Assembly: GCA_047495785.1 (NCBI GenBank)
Contig: JBLDXI010000007.1
Coordinates: forward strand, 1,116,001-1,180,000
Source of the DNA: Lepidodermella squamata
Lineage: Eukaryota; Animalia; Gastrotricha
Reading direction: 5' to 3'
DNA length: 64,000 nt
Below the pieces are notes generated by a model. The model was not told where the DNA came from. It saw only the letters and a program-made list of their open reading frames with translations, and ran no database searches. The position numbers and the translations under genes are program-made. Below are positions 48,535 through 60,637 of the stretch, piece after piece. The stretch's first letter is position 1, and each line of letters begins with the position of its first letter.

Positions 48535-49895
48535 ATGCAAATAAGAATGGTTTTAACCGTCTTCTCAACAATATTCTTGGCGATCATCTTTGTCAGAGAA
48601 AGCTTGGCCCAGGGCAATGCCAGCAACATTTCGACTAATTTCAACCGTGATTACAACCCAGATGCTCTGCGCGATATGTTCTTCGAGCTTTGCCCGTTAG
48701 CAAAATCCAGCAATTTGCCGACCTCGTTCCATAGAAAGATTAATAACTTCTCGGTACCCATCAAAACGTACTTTGTATCCCGTCTATTAGCAATCAACGA
48801 TGTCAGCGATGTAGCAATGAGGTATCGCAAATTATCGAGTTATTCAAATTATTAAAATTTAATGATCATCATTCCAGCATGACTATTTCCAAGACATTGC
48901 GTATGTTTTGGGACATGCCGTGCGGAGAAGATATAAGGGAGCAGTTGTGGCCGGGTTACTCGGCTATGAAGCAAAGTTTACTTGATAGGATTCAATTCGA
49001 AGTTCCAACCGATCAAGTATGGTGGCCGGACATGCAACATATAAACGCCATTGGAGAATCACGACCGTTACGAGGGTAAACATCTGACAAGTTTGAAAAA
49101 TTTTACTTTGAAAAAATCCCGACTTGAAACTAAAGCTAAAATATGTAAATTGATTTTTCTTCCAGGGAAAGGTTGATAAAAGTGCGGCCATTTGTCGTTA
49201 CTGGGCCGAGATTTGTCATTTACACCGTGCGGACGTTTGAATCGAACTGTTATCACTTTAGCTACACCAAGTTCCCGTTCGACGTTGCAACTTGCACCTT
49301 AGAGTTCGAAAATGAAAATCTCAACAACGAGGTTGATATCGCGATCGACTCAGTTATCGTTGCAGCTAATTACAAGCCGCTCAGGAACGATGATATTTGG
49401 ACTTTCGTGAACTACAACGGGACAGTTTTTGACGCCGGCGGATATCTGCATGTCACTGTTACCCTAAGTCTGAAACGAAAGTTTCAATATTACGTCGGAA
49501 ATGTGCTTCTGCCTATGTTCACGCTTTTTCTTCTCCAAATTGCCTCTTTAATAATGGAACCTGAGCACCCGGACAGGCCCACCTTTTGTGTAACGATTAA
49601 TTTGGCAACCGCGGTTTTACTTGCCCTAGTATTTTCGCTTATTCCTCGAACGTCGGAGGACATTTATTTGATCAATGTCCTACTTGCCTTTATGATAATC
49701 TGCGCAATTCTCACGGCGTATGCCTTGGCCACCTGCACTCTCAGCGATTGGAAGCCCGCGCGACAAAAAATTGGAGTAAAATTGTTCCACAGAGGGATCA
49801 AGGTAATCAGGGTTGCTGACCTGGCGATGGCAATAGCGTCATTCATCATTGGCATGGCAGTAGTTGCATACTACGGAGTCAAAATGTTGGCTTGA
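48535..49895 (+). CDS. Divergent Cys-loop channel, tandem paralogue 2 (3 exons)
   Basis: Same exon structure as paralogue 1; CYHFSYTKFPFDVATC; intact frame. Confidence 0.92.
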
Positions 49896-50339
49896 GGATT
49901 TTTCCGATCTGAAGGCTCTATCATATATCGATACGAACCCACTCCTTTTTTATCTATGCATGACAATTAACGGCCATTAATAATGCTAATGTTGTTAAAT
50001 TGATAATGCTGTTATGTTTCTGACCTCGCGCTGCATAATTGTGCATGTGGTTTATTCATTCATTGAAGGAGCCTTAACGCCCAGAAGAGGACAATTGTCA
50101 AAATGCTAATCGGTAATCTTTAAACATAAACCGGTGAGTCAGATAGAATCAGCATATTGTTTTGATAGGATGTACCTTGTATCATAACATGCCGTTTATC
50201 ACGAGCATTCCAAAAGTGTAAGCAAAGTATTATATATAAAATAGTAATTGTTAATAAACATGCATACTAATGGGAAATCATTTACCTGTCCATAACAAAT
50301 CGGAAAGGCTAAGAGAAGCTTCCATCCAACTATCGTTTA

Positions 50340-51263
50340 AAAACATATCGCCGGCGCCAAAAGTGAAGCCCGAAAAGGCTTGTTTGCTTTAAAGCTGGCT
50401 GCAAAATTTGTTGACAGGAGGACGGCGATAATGATGGCGAATGGCTTGGTGTTCAGCCATTTGAACTACGGCGATATTACACTAGGCCAGGCTGTGCCAA
50501 CAACGCTTAGCAGACTTCAGTCGACCCAGGACAAAGCGGTGAAGATTATTTGTGGTGCCAACCATCTCGCGGATCCTGAACCGCTTCGGCATCGCCTCGG
50601 ATGGGTAACGGTGCACCAAAAGCACGCGATTCATCTGGCGACTTTCGTCTGGAAATGTGTTAACGGACAAGCGCCAACAGCGATGCAGGCAATATTCAAA
50701 CTGAACGAACCGACCCAATACGACATGCGCAACTTCGAACCAATGTTCAAACCGACTTACGATTCTCTGCGCGGTACTTTGAGTCTAAGTTATCGAGGAC
50801 CCAATTTATGGAACCAACTTCCTCTTGAGGCACAGCAATCTGAAACGGCCGAGAATTGTCGCGAGGTAGTTTACCAGTACTACTACGGAATGAATGCCGC
50901 TAAATTACCCCAGTGATCATCATTTTTGTTCTGATTTAATTTTGATACACTTTGTTGTGATTTATATACTTTAATTCCTGATACTGAAATGGACCTGATT
51001 GAATACACTTTATTTTTATACTGCTGAAATGCTGCTGTTTTGTTTTATTACACTACTGTTGCGATTTTTACTATTACCTATCATTATTATATTATATACA
51101 CATTGACGTGTATTTCTAATCCTAATTCTATAACTTTGTTTCTTCTACAACACCTTTCCTGTCCTAAATGTGATCCTGTCCTGCAATTATATGTTGTTTT
51201 CCTTATACTTTGTCAAGCTTCCCTCTTTGGGTGTAATAGCTTCTAAATAAATAAATAAATAAA
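50340..51263 (+). mobile_element. 5'-truncated L2/CR1-type LINE with (TAAA)n tail
   Basis: ORF 50380-50916 has post-RT motifs LVFSHLNYG, LQSTQDKAVKII, LGW and SYRGPNLWNQLP; AT-rich 3' UTR; TAAA repeats at 51245-51263. Confidence 0.88.
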
Positions 51264-51862
51264 TCTTCCTGGTTTTAAAACCTGAGCGAAATGAATCGGT
51301 CATAACTTTTCCAAAAAACGTGCGAAATCAAATTCCATAAAATAGGTGGGCCATAATAACTGGAACGCCAACCGATCTACAGGCTGTTCTATTTAAAACC
51401 GAACATCCTGTCGTAGTACTGGCAAATAAAGCTGCCGGCTATTTTAGTAAATTATTTTCATCATTTTTTAAAATTATTTTCAATTATGTTTTCCATTGCG
51501 CGATACCCTTGAATTTCGTTTTTCATATTTAAGCCGATAAAACCTGACTTGTGACTTCGCCGTGGGACATCCGGGCCTTGTTTACTCGATAGATAATGGC
51601 CTTCTGAATCCCGGCCAGTATTTGCGGCTGGGTCAAATTAGTCGCAACCATGCCGCAACTTCGAAGAAATCCGAACAACAACTCGGTTGCATCGTCGCGA
51701 AAGTGGTGGATACGAACGAAATTGAAACCGTGATTCTCGAAAAGTGACTTCGAGAAGCGAGACCATCTGGATTATCAGGCAATCTTCCGCTACATCATTC
51801 ATCTGGTCGTGCAGTAGGTGAGAGAATAAATCCCCTCCACCAGGACGGCCAATCACTTGATC

Positions 51863-53217
51863 CATGTGACGTAGATAGGACGCCGCACTCAGAGCACGCC
51901 GGCAGACAAGAAGACGTGTTCACTTTTTTCCTCATTAATATTCAGAATATTTCGCAGCTTAAAAAAAATAATATGGTCGGGCTCAATTTGAAGTTGTTTA
52001 ATATTTAAAATTAAACAATTTAAAATTAATTAGTTCAAGTTTCAAAGATCGCAAAAAGTAGTGATTTGGCGCGGTTTCCGAGACTCTACAAAGAGGAGAT
52101 GCATCTTTAAAGATGAATTCAGCTGATGAAATGGCAGCATCTGCTCAAAATTACACACAAACAGCACAAGAAATATTCGTCGCATTTACACTAGACTACC
52201 CAGTAATTATCCAATTTAATTACTTTCACTGTTATGCAATCATTTTCACGAAAGACTTAATGCGTGGTTTTATCCATTTTTTTTTAAATTAATTCATCAT
52301 ATTTGGCACTTACTTGGTCGAGAAGAAATTTCACAAAATTAGCTCGACTGAGGTCTATAAGCTTCTATAAGCCTATATCACCTCGCTTCAAGCTTGCTAT
52401 GAAATGAAATCCGCCGAATTTGTTACGAATTTTTCTGAGAAAAAGTAAAAATAATTTGAAAGATTGAAAAATAGTGTTTAAAACCGATACTTCTAGATTG
52501 CGGATCAACACTGAAGAAATATTGCGATTGCTATTCGAATATTATTAAAATAATTTAGGGAGAATTTTCTCATAGAAATATTTGAAAATTCAATGTACTT
52601 TAAGCTTGTGTTTGAACCATGAAAAGGAACGCTTAACGAAACCTCCGATATCAATTTTTCTGATTTTTGAGTTTTTCCAAGTATTTTTCCGTATTACCGA
52701 TATACCGCTGTACAATACCTACACGGTGGCTGGAAACTGCCCTAGTGACGCGATTCGTTGCATAATTCTATATAGGAGAATTTGGGCAAAATGTAGAAGT
52801 TCTTATAATTTTGAAATCGATCATTTCTATTTTTCCAGACAGAGAATTGTATCGATCACGTGCAAGCCAAAAATGTGATTGCGAAATTGCGATGACTTGA
52901 AACCGCAAAATTTGATTTTTAAATCGCTTTGTCGTGACTTGTTAACAGCGCCCATAAAAATTTCCCACAAAAATAAAAACAGCAACCCTTGAAAAACAGC
53001 GCTCACTCGAGTTAAAGTAAAAATGATGATGCAACAATCGAAGTAATCAACATCGATAATTACGAAGTAGCTCGTGTAAATGCGACGATTGGGGTGGAAA
53101 ATAATGACATGATTCATCTCATTAAATTTGAAACGATGAACTTTGCCCCTTATTAGTCTGACTTCAGTTTTTCGTGTCCGAAAACCTCTTAGTGCGGCGT
53201 CCTATCTACGTCACATG
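51863..53217. mobile_element. P-element-like non-autonomous element
   Basis: 27-bp perfect TIRs CATGTGACGTAGATAGGACGCCGCACT; perfect 8-bp TSD ACTTGATC (51855-51862, 53218-53225). Confidence 0.9.
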
Positions 53218-53707
53218 ACTTGATCGAGCTTTGCTACATAGAATGCGGCTTTTCGTGAAGACATTTCGTCCATCTGGATGACACAGTCGGTGGCATTTCG
53301 CGGGTTAATGATCGAAACTGCAAAGTTAATGATTTAAAAAGAATGATAATTAATGATCAGGGAATATTACCAACCTGTTTCCAGAAAACGAATGAGACGC
53401 TGACTAGCCCTGCTTTGACTGGTATTCGTTCCAACCACCTGTACACTGTTGTCCGGCACGGGACTCTTGCGACTCATTAAAATAACGCTTACGGCATTTT
53501 CGAAGACACGCAAGCCACGATTCGGGAGTTGTGGTGCATCAGGTGAATTTTCCGCTCGCTCAAATTTCTTGCTAGCTTTTCGTCTTTCTGTCTGGTTCAT
53601 CAATTTCACTTTGGCTCGCAATTCATCGATGGTGTCACCCTGGCGACCCTGGCGTTTTCGAGCTGGTGTTTGAGCACTAGATTCTACAGCGTTACCCACA
53701 GGTCGAC

Positions 53708-54173
53708 CAGAGACTTTGATTTGATTTGATTTGATTGTGATTTGATTTGATTTAGGCCATTTTTTGATGATTTGATTTAGAAAACTCAGGATGATTTGAT
53801 TTGATTTAAATTTAGCCCACTTGATTTACGGCTGATTTATAAAAATCAGCACTCTCGGAATTTTCCCTGTTGCTAAACATGAGAACTCACATTTGCCTTG
53901 AAAACAGCCGTTTTCCAAAGCCTCGAGCTATTCATACCCTTTCACACTCATTCTGCCAAAACCAAGCTTGAAATTTGAAAGCATCCCCAGAAATTTACAA
54001 TGATACTCATGTTTCCCCATGCGAAAGATTTGATTTGATTTGATTTAAACGGGCCTGATGATTTGATTTGATTGATTTACTATCGATTTTTGGGGGATTT
54101 GATTTGAAATGATTGATTTACAAAGACCTGTGATTTACTGAAGAAATCAAATCAAATCAAATCAAAGTCACTG
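53708..54173. mobile_element. hAT-type MITE built from ATTTG microsatellite arms
   Basis: CAG(A/T)GACTTTGATTTGATTTG TIRs; perfect 8-bp TSD AGGTCGAC (53700-53707, 54174-54181). Confidence 0.9.
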
Positions 54174-54711
54174 AGGTCGACTTGGAGCCGGAGTCGCCAC
54201 ATAGCTTTGAATGACCGGTGATTGGACGATGATAATGTTCGGAGTCGATGCAGCTGTCGCGCTATTAGAATCATTTCAATGAGCCCATTTAATGAACCAA
54301 CGCGGGCTCTTCGCTCCTTGCGCTGGGCGGATTAGGCGGAGATTCGATTGGAATTGGGGTGCCGCCAGTGACAGAACTCGGCTGCTGTTGGATGACTGCT
54401 GCATTGTCTGAACGCCTTGCCACCAGCAGGGAATGCAGTCGGTCTTTATCAAGATTGAATTCAATGTCAAAGCTTGGAGTTAGGGCATACTTCTTTCTGT
54501 CGGTAACCTTATTCGCTCGCTACAATATTCGCAGCCTGTTTGGAGCATTTCTCAAAACTGGGTAAGGAAAACACCACGACTCAATTAAATCATAGCCTGA
54601 CTGCCTTGATAATGCCCCGAACTTACTCAAGTATTCTGCTGATATCTTGAACGTTTTCCTGTCCATCCGGCATTGTGCAGATATCGATTAAAAGGTTATA
54701 AGACAGCAGTG

Positions 54712-55282
54712 ATATTTGAGCAGGAGACATTAACATTCGCTACTTCAGCAAACAGCACTTCAGCAGGCGACAGTTCAGCAGAACTTAGTTCAGCATTCGG
54801 TATTTCAGCAAACGGCTTTTTAGCCATCGACACTTCAGCAACTTCCACTTTAGCAGCTGCTGTACTATTCAGCAAAAGACTCTTCAGCAGAAGACTTATG
54901 AGCAATGATATACTTGAGCAGAAGTCATTTCAGCATACGACATTTGCTCAGTGTGAATTTGCGCAGAACGTAATTTAAGCAGACGACAGTTCAGCAGAAT
55001 AATATAGTATTCGTTCAAGTGACTTTTCAGCAATTACATTGTCGCAGATGTATATTTCAGCAAAAGACAGTTTGTCAGAACGACACTTCAGCAGATGAAG
55101 AGACTCTAAACGATAAACAGCCTCTTTGCTCAATGCATGATTTAAAAAATGGTTCTGCTGAACTGCCGTCTGCCGTCTGCTTAACTTAGTTTCTGCTGAA
55201 CTGTGCACTTTTTTAAAGTTAATAAAATTGCTCAAGTTCCACTTGCTGTAAAGTAGTTCTGTTTAACTGTCGCTGCTCATAT
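54712..55282. repeat. Foldback element with 15-bp periodic TTCAGCA/TGCTGAA arrays
   Basis: TTCAGCA recurs about every 15 bp over 54744-55092; mirrored TGCTGAA/TGCT units follow to ~55282. Confidence 0.75.
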
Positions 55283-56569
55283 GGCTGATCATATGACTGA
55301 CGGATGTACTTCAGAACAACTGTCGTCGAGCTATTATCCTTCCTGGCCTTCGATCAAAGCCGCTATTTATTTATTCATTTATATATTTAAGTGCATAAAT
55401 CCCAAAGTTGAGAGCACGATAAAAAAGGTTTCGAGTGGTATTCGAGTTGCCAGATCATTTCAAGAGATGTACTTAGGAATCTTATGGTTTTTGATTAGGC
55501 CTAATGATGACGTATAACCAGAGCGAGAAGGGCAGAAAAAGTCGACCCTGCGCTCCTGTAGGGTCGGCAACACCGGCTTTTTCTTGCTTTATCGTCATAC
55601 TGATATAGTCTCTCAGCAAAATCACCCAATTCTACCCCAATCTGACCGTTGCATTATTTCCTAACATCAATCGGGTAAGGTTACCTAAATCTGTATAAAA
55701 ACTTTCTTCAAATCCTTGTGATTCCATAACCATGAGGTTCTCCGGGCTCATATTTGACCATAAACTGCCAGAACCCATTCTAGTAAGCTCACAAAATCTC
55801 ATGAGCCAATTCCTCACCGCTAGCGAGCCATCGTTGCTCAAAGTTGAAAAGGCTGCATAAAAGCTTCACCTTAACCTTAAACGTTCCAATACACCCGAAT
55901 TATTTTTAATTTAACGTCGTAGTGCATCCTAAGCATAACATGTGTGAAGCCACGTTGACCAAAGAACTAAGAAACGTGAACTAAGAAATGTTCCACATTA
56001 TCTATGTTCACGAAAGTAAGTGTATATAAGTTTATCTGTGTCGTATCGTAACCAGTAACGTTTTCAGGGTTACCAGTATTGTATGGTATAAACTCGCTAA
56101 ATTTCTACTGCTTCAATTTGAAATTAAAAATCCTCCATTTTAACCAGCACAAACCAGCTGGTTGGTGCTGGACGCGTGCTTGACAAAGCGCGTTTATGCT
56201 AGATTGTGCCCAATAAAATTGTGCTGGTCATGCGACTTGCTATCCAGCACCGTCTCCGAAATCATCAAGCACGAATTCGTGTAACACACCTCAACAACCT
56301 GAAAATGGACTCAAGCAGCTCAAAACTCAAAAAATATGCTTAAGGATGGGTCGCTTGCTGGACAATTTTGAACGGGTTCAGCAAACGCCCCAATGAGACT
56401 TGCTCGAATTTGCGGTCGAAAATAAGAGAAATTGCTCAAATCCTATGAGATTGAAAAAGTCGAATAAGTAAAGTTTATTAACCAAAAAAATGACCCGCTT
56501 TACTAAAATGCCCCGTGCTCTTGCCGGCAATGTGACGCGTTTGGGGTCTATCGCACTGTGAATGAATTA

Positions 56570-57014
56570 CCGTAATTTTCAGTATAAAGGCCGCTACCCG
56601 AATAAAGGCCGCGCCTGAATAATTGCCGCAAAATCACCATTAAAACCAACTTCGGATGTTAATAAAGGCCGCACTCGTTTAATCACCGCACGGTTCAAGC
56701 CATTAGCTCTCAGCGACCTTAAGCGGCCCGCTGACACCCTTATAGACTCCAGACACCCTCTCAAATATGCTAACAGATTAAATTCACCTTGGGTGAGTCG
56801 GAAAGTGATCAAATATCACGTGATCTCTGTTCAATGCATACGCCTGCAAGCTAAGTTTTAGGGGAAATACCATGCTGCCTATTAAAATCGAAACTTGGGA
56901 AAAATAAGGGCCGCACTCGATTAAAGACCGCACCCGATTAATCGCCGCAATGTTGACCCATTTCTCGAAAAACAGGAAAATTACTCGCCGCGGCCTTTAT
57001 ACTGAAAATTACGG
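56570..57014. mobile_element. Tc2/pogo-type MITE
   Basis: 25-bp perfect TIRs CCGTAATTTTCAGTATAAAGGCCGC; TA on both sides; internal TAAAGGCCGC repeats. Confidence 0.9.
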
Positions 57015-57745
57015 TATCTATCGAATGAGCTATGGCTCATGGTCGTCGAATGCACATTTACTGATGTGGACCCCTTGCAAACCTATATGCAGCACCGTGT
57101 AGTCTGCTGGTCAGGTTTGCCACTATAAGCCGCGCTTGCGTCATGCATCGCGTGGTGAAACTAACAATGAATTTTACTTATATTTTGCCATTCGCTCCCT
57201 TCAATTTAAGACCTGTATCCTGTATGCGATATTTGTGCGCCAGGGGATTTGCTTCCATTGCAAATCAAAATAGCGTTGCTACCTGTCATTTATCCGGTGT
57301 TGTGACCCTAGCGCGATGAACGCAAATTGTCCAAACCGGCGGATCATCGCTAGGCGTAGCTGAGCAACATAAGCCGCAGCCATGTGAAGCTAACGGCAAA
57401 TCTGCAATAAAAGCTTCCAGCCCCCCATCCGTTGCCTATTTACACGACCGTCTGCAAGAAAAGCGAAAAGCGTCGGCTGGAAAATGGCGCGCAAAACATT
57501 GTAAAAAAAAACAATTTTCTGGTTTGCGTCAACAGTTTTATCCATTAACAATTAACACTATTCATCACATGTCCTGTCAAACTGATATCTAAACGACTAA
57601 TCAATACGCTAGCTTCTTTGAAGGAGAAATGAACAAGCTGCATACCCGCCTTAACAAAACGAGATCAACGGATGTTTATAACTATAATTGCCTCAAAACT
57701 CAAGACGGTGACTAATACTTCCTGTTTTCATTTGAGAAATATAAT

Positions 57746-59092
57746 ATGTACGTCAGAATGACTCTAGCTTTCTTCTCAACAATTTTCTTGGCGATCATCT
57801 TTGTCAGAGAAAGCTTGGCTCTGGGCAATTCCAGTGGCAGTTCGGCTAATTTCGACCGTGATTACAACCCAGATGCTTTGCGCGATATGTTCTTCGAACT
57901 TTGCCCGTTAGCAAAATCCAGCAATTTGCCGACGTCGTTCCACAGAAAGATTAATAACTTCTCGGTACCCATCAAAAGTTACTTTGTAACTCGTCTATTA
58001 GCAATCAATGATGTCAGCGATGTAAATATGAGGTATCGCAAATCATCGAGTTCACAATATTTGAATTTAATATTCATCATTCCAGCATGGCTATATCCAT
58101 GACATTGCGTATCCTTTGGGACATGCCGTGCGGCGAAGATATAAGGGAGAAATTGTGGCCGGGTTACTCGGCTATTGAGCAAGATCTGCTTGATAGGATT
58201 CAATTCGAAGTTCCGATCGATGAAATATGGTGGCCGGATATCCAACACATCAACGCTATCGGGGAATCACGACCGTTACGAGGGTAAATAGCCAAAACAA
58301 ATTTTATTTTACAAATTCTTCTTTTGGTTGGAAATTCCAACTTGAAACGTTAAATACAAAAGTCGTTTCAGGGAAAGGTTGATAAAAGTGCGCCCATTTC
58401 TCCCCGAGCCAAAAATTATCATTTACACCGTGCGGACGTTTGAATCGCACTGTTTTCAATTCAGCTACACCAAGTTCCCGTTCGACGTTGCAACTTGCAC
58501 CTTAGAGTTCGAAAATGAAAATCTCAGCAACGAGGTTGATATCGCAATCGATTCGGTTGAAGCTAATCATAATCCGCTTCGGGACGATGATATTTGGACT
58601 TTCGTGACCTGCAACGGGTCAGTTTATGATTTCGGCGGACAGCCGCATGTTACTGTTACTGTAACTCTGAAACGAAAGTTTCAGTACTACGTCGGGAATG
58701 TGCTTCTGCCAATGTTTACGCTTTTCATTCTCCAAATTGCATCGTTAATTATGAAGCCTGCGCATCCGGACCGGCCCACCTTTTGTGTAACGATAAATTT
58801 GGCTATCGCTGTTTTACTCGCCCTAGTCTTTTCGTTGATTCCTCGAACGTCGGAGGACATTTATTTGATCAATGTCCTAGTTAGCTTTATGGTGATCTGC
58901 GCACTTCTGACAGCGTATGCCCTGGCCACCTGCACTCTCAGCGGTTGGAAGCCCGCGCGACAAAGAATTGGAGGAAAATTGTTCCACGGGGGGATCAAGG
59001 TGATCAGGGTTGCTGACCTGGCGATGGCAATAGCGTCATTCATAATTGGCATGGCAGTAGTTGCATACTACGGAGTCAAAATGTTGACTTGA
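57746..59092 (+). CDS. Divergent Cys-loop channel, tandem paralogue 3 (3 exons)
   Basis: Same structure; IWWPD, CFQFSYTKFPFDVATC; intact frame. Confidence 0.92.
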
Positions 59093-60094
59093 GGATTTTT
59101 CCGATCTGAAGGCTCTATCATATATCGATACGAATCCACTCCTTTTTTACCCATGCCTGACATTTAACGGCCCTATGAAATAGTAATGTTGTTAATGTGT
59201 GTATTGTTGTAAACTTGATAATGCTCTTGTATTTCTGAACGTGTGCATCATATCATGGTTCACGTTGTTCAAATGTTAAACAGTAAATATACGAACCTGA
59301 GATTATTGTCATAATGAGCGGAGGTCGCAGGTTTGGGGGTCAGAAAGAATTGCCATGTTGTTTCGAGGGTTTTCACGAATCAGCAGTCAATAATGGAATC
59401 GAATGCGGGAAAACAAATCGGTTCCTTTATTCTACAGAAGCCAATGGATCTTTTAGATATCTTCCAGAATCTCAGGAAGGCAACCATAAGGTAGAAAAAA
59501 GCTGTGACTGTAAAAATGTACTTGGTAAAACTTCAAATACTACCAGAGAGTCTATTTTTTTGGCAGACCAAATAGTCCCACAAACGGTAGCGAGAACCAG
59601 GCTACAAGTGTCGATCAGCTTGCGCCAGATGTGAACAAATGCATAAGCGTGGTAGCGCAATGATTAATTTTTTTCTTTTTTTGTGAATTGAAAAACTTGA
59701 CTGCAAAAACCGTTTTTTGCTTAAGTCAGCCTTACGGTTGCAATCCCCCTTCAAACGCGTTAGAAATCCCCTGAGCCAAAATCTAATGCCATATGCACAA
59801 ATTATGGCATTACAACGGGAGCTTTAAGACAAGGAGCAATCGCTGGGATGTCCGCTGGAGCTGGCCATTCTTTTTCGGCCCGAACGGAGTGTTTGCGGTG
59901 TTTGCTCACTTTTCATGATGTCTGTAGTTTCATTGCAGGCCTGTTTTGCGCTTCAGAACTGCATGCCTTCAGGCCACTATGCACTCATCGCGCATTACCG
60001 GTTCAATTCATGATACGTCTAAAGTTTATCGTTAATTTTCACATAGTAAAAATGTCATTCTGGATCGGACTGAAACGGGAACAATTTATAGAAT

Positions 60095-60600
60095 TTACTG
60101 CAGCGCGGGGTGCTTGTGGCACACCGAAATCAATCGACTCAACGGCGAGGATGCTTCGCTGTTTATTTTCGTCGCGGTTTGGCGGCATTTGCTCAAATAG
60201 TTTATCAATAGACGAACTGACCTTTCAGTTACACCAGCAGATCGAAGCGATTCGACGATGCCATCGGCGTTGAGCGTGTCGAATGCTTTCGACAAATCGA
60301 TGGACACCGCTCCAGCCACGTTGTCAAGTACCTATGTAGATGACGCCAGCGTAAGGCTTTCAAGTAAGGCTGAAATGCAAAACTTCGCAACTTCCATTTC
60401 TCGAGCTGCATCGACCAAAATGTTGGCAATCAAGAACGAAATCAAGATACTCATGGCCTTAAAATGCTTTTCACTCATCAGAGTTATCATCGGAGCAATT
60501 TGTAACCATAAGGGCATATTCTTATTTTCGTCTCATTTTCGAACTAAAATGACTTCTATGAATGGTTGATTTATCAATGATGCAATGATTCCACAAATCC
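60095..60600 (-). mobile_element. CR1/L2-type reverse transcriptase fragment
   Basis: AVSIDLSKAFDTLN...LRSAGV...LLINYLSKCRQ, then a frameshifted GVPQ. Confidence 0.8.
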
Positions 60601-60637
60601 TTGCGATTTTAACCTGAACCTGAACCTTATTTTCTAG

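Larger units (their letters stand above)
51640..54470 (-). pseudogene. Relic P-element-type transposase reading frame, interrupted by two insertions
   Basis: Removing 51863-53217 plus one TSD restores NATDCVIQMDEMSSRKAAFYVAKLDQVIGRP, which resembles the C-V-L-x-x-D-E-M...Y...D motif around the first catalytic Asp of P transposases. Confidence 0.55.

Noticed and set aside
54673-55235. SAELS-type pentapeptide ORFs; CRISPR-like periodicity
   Set aside because: A by-product of a 15-bp foldback repeat. There is no repeat-spacer structure, no cas genes, and the context is eukaryotic.
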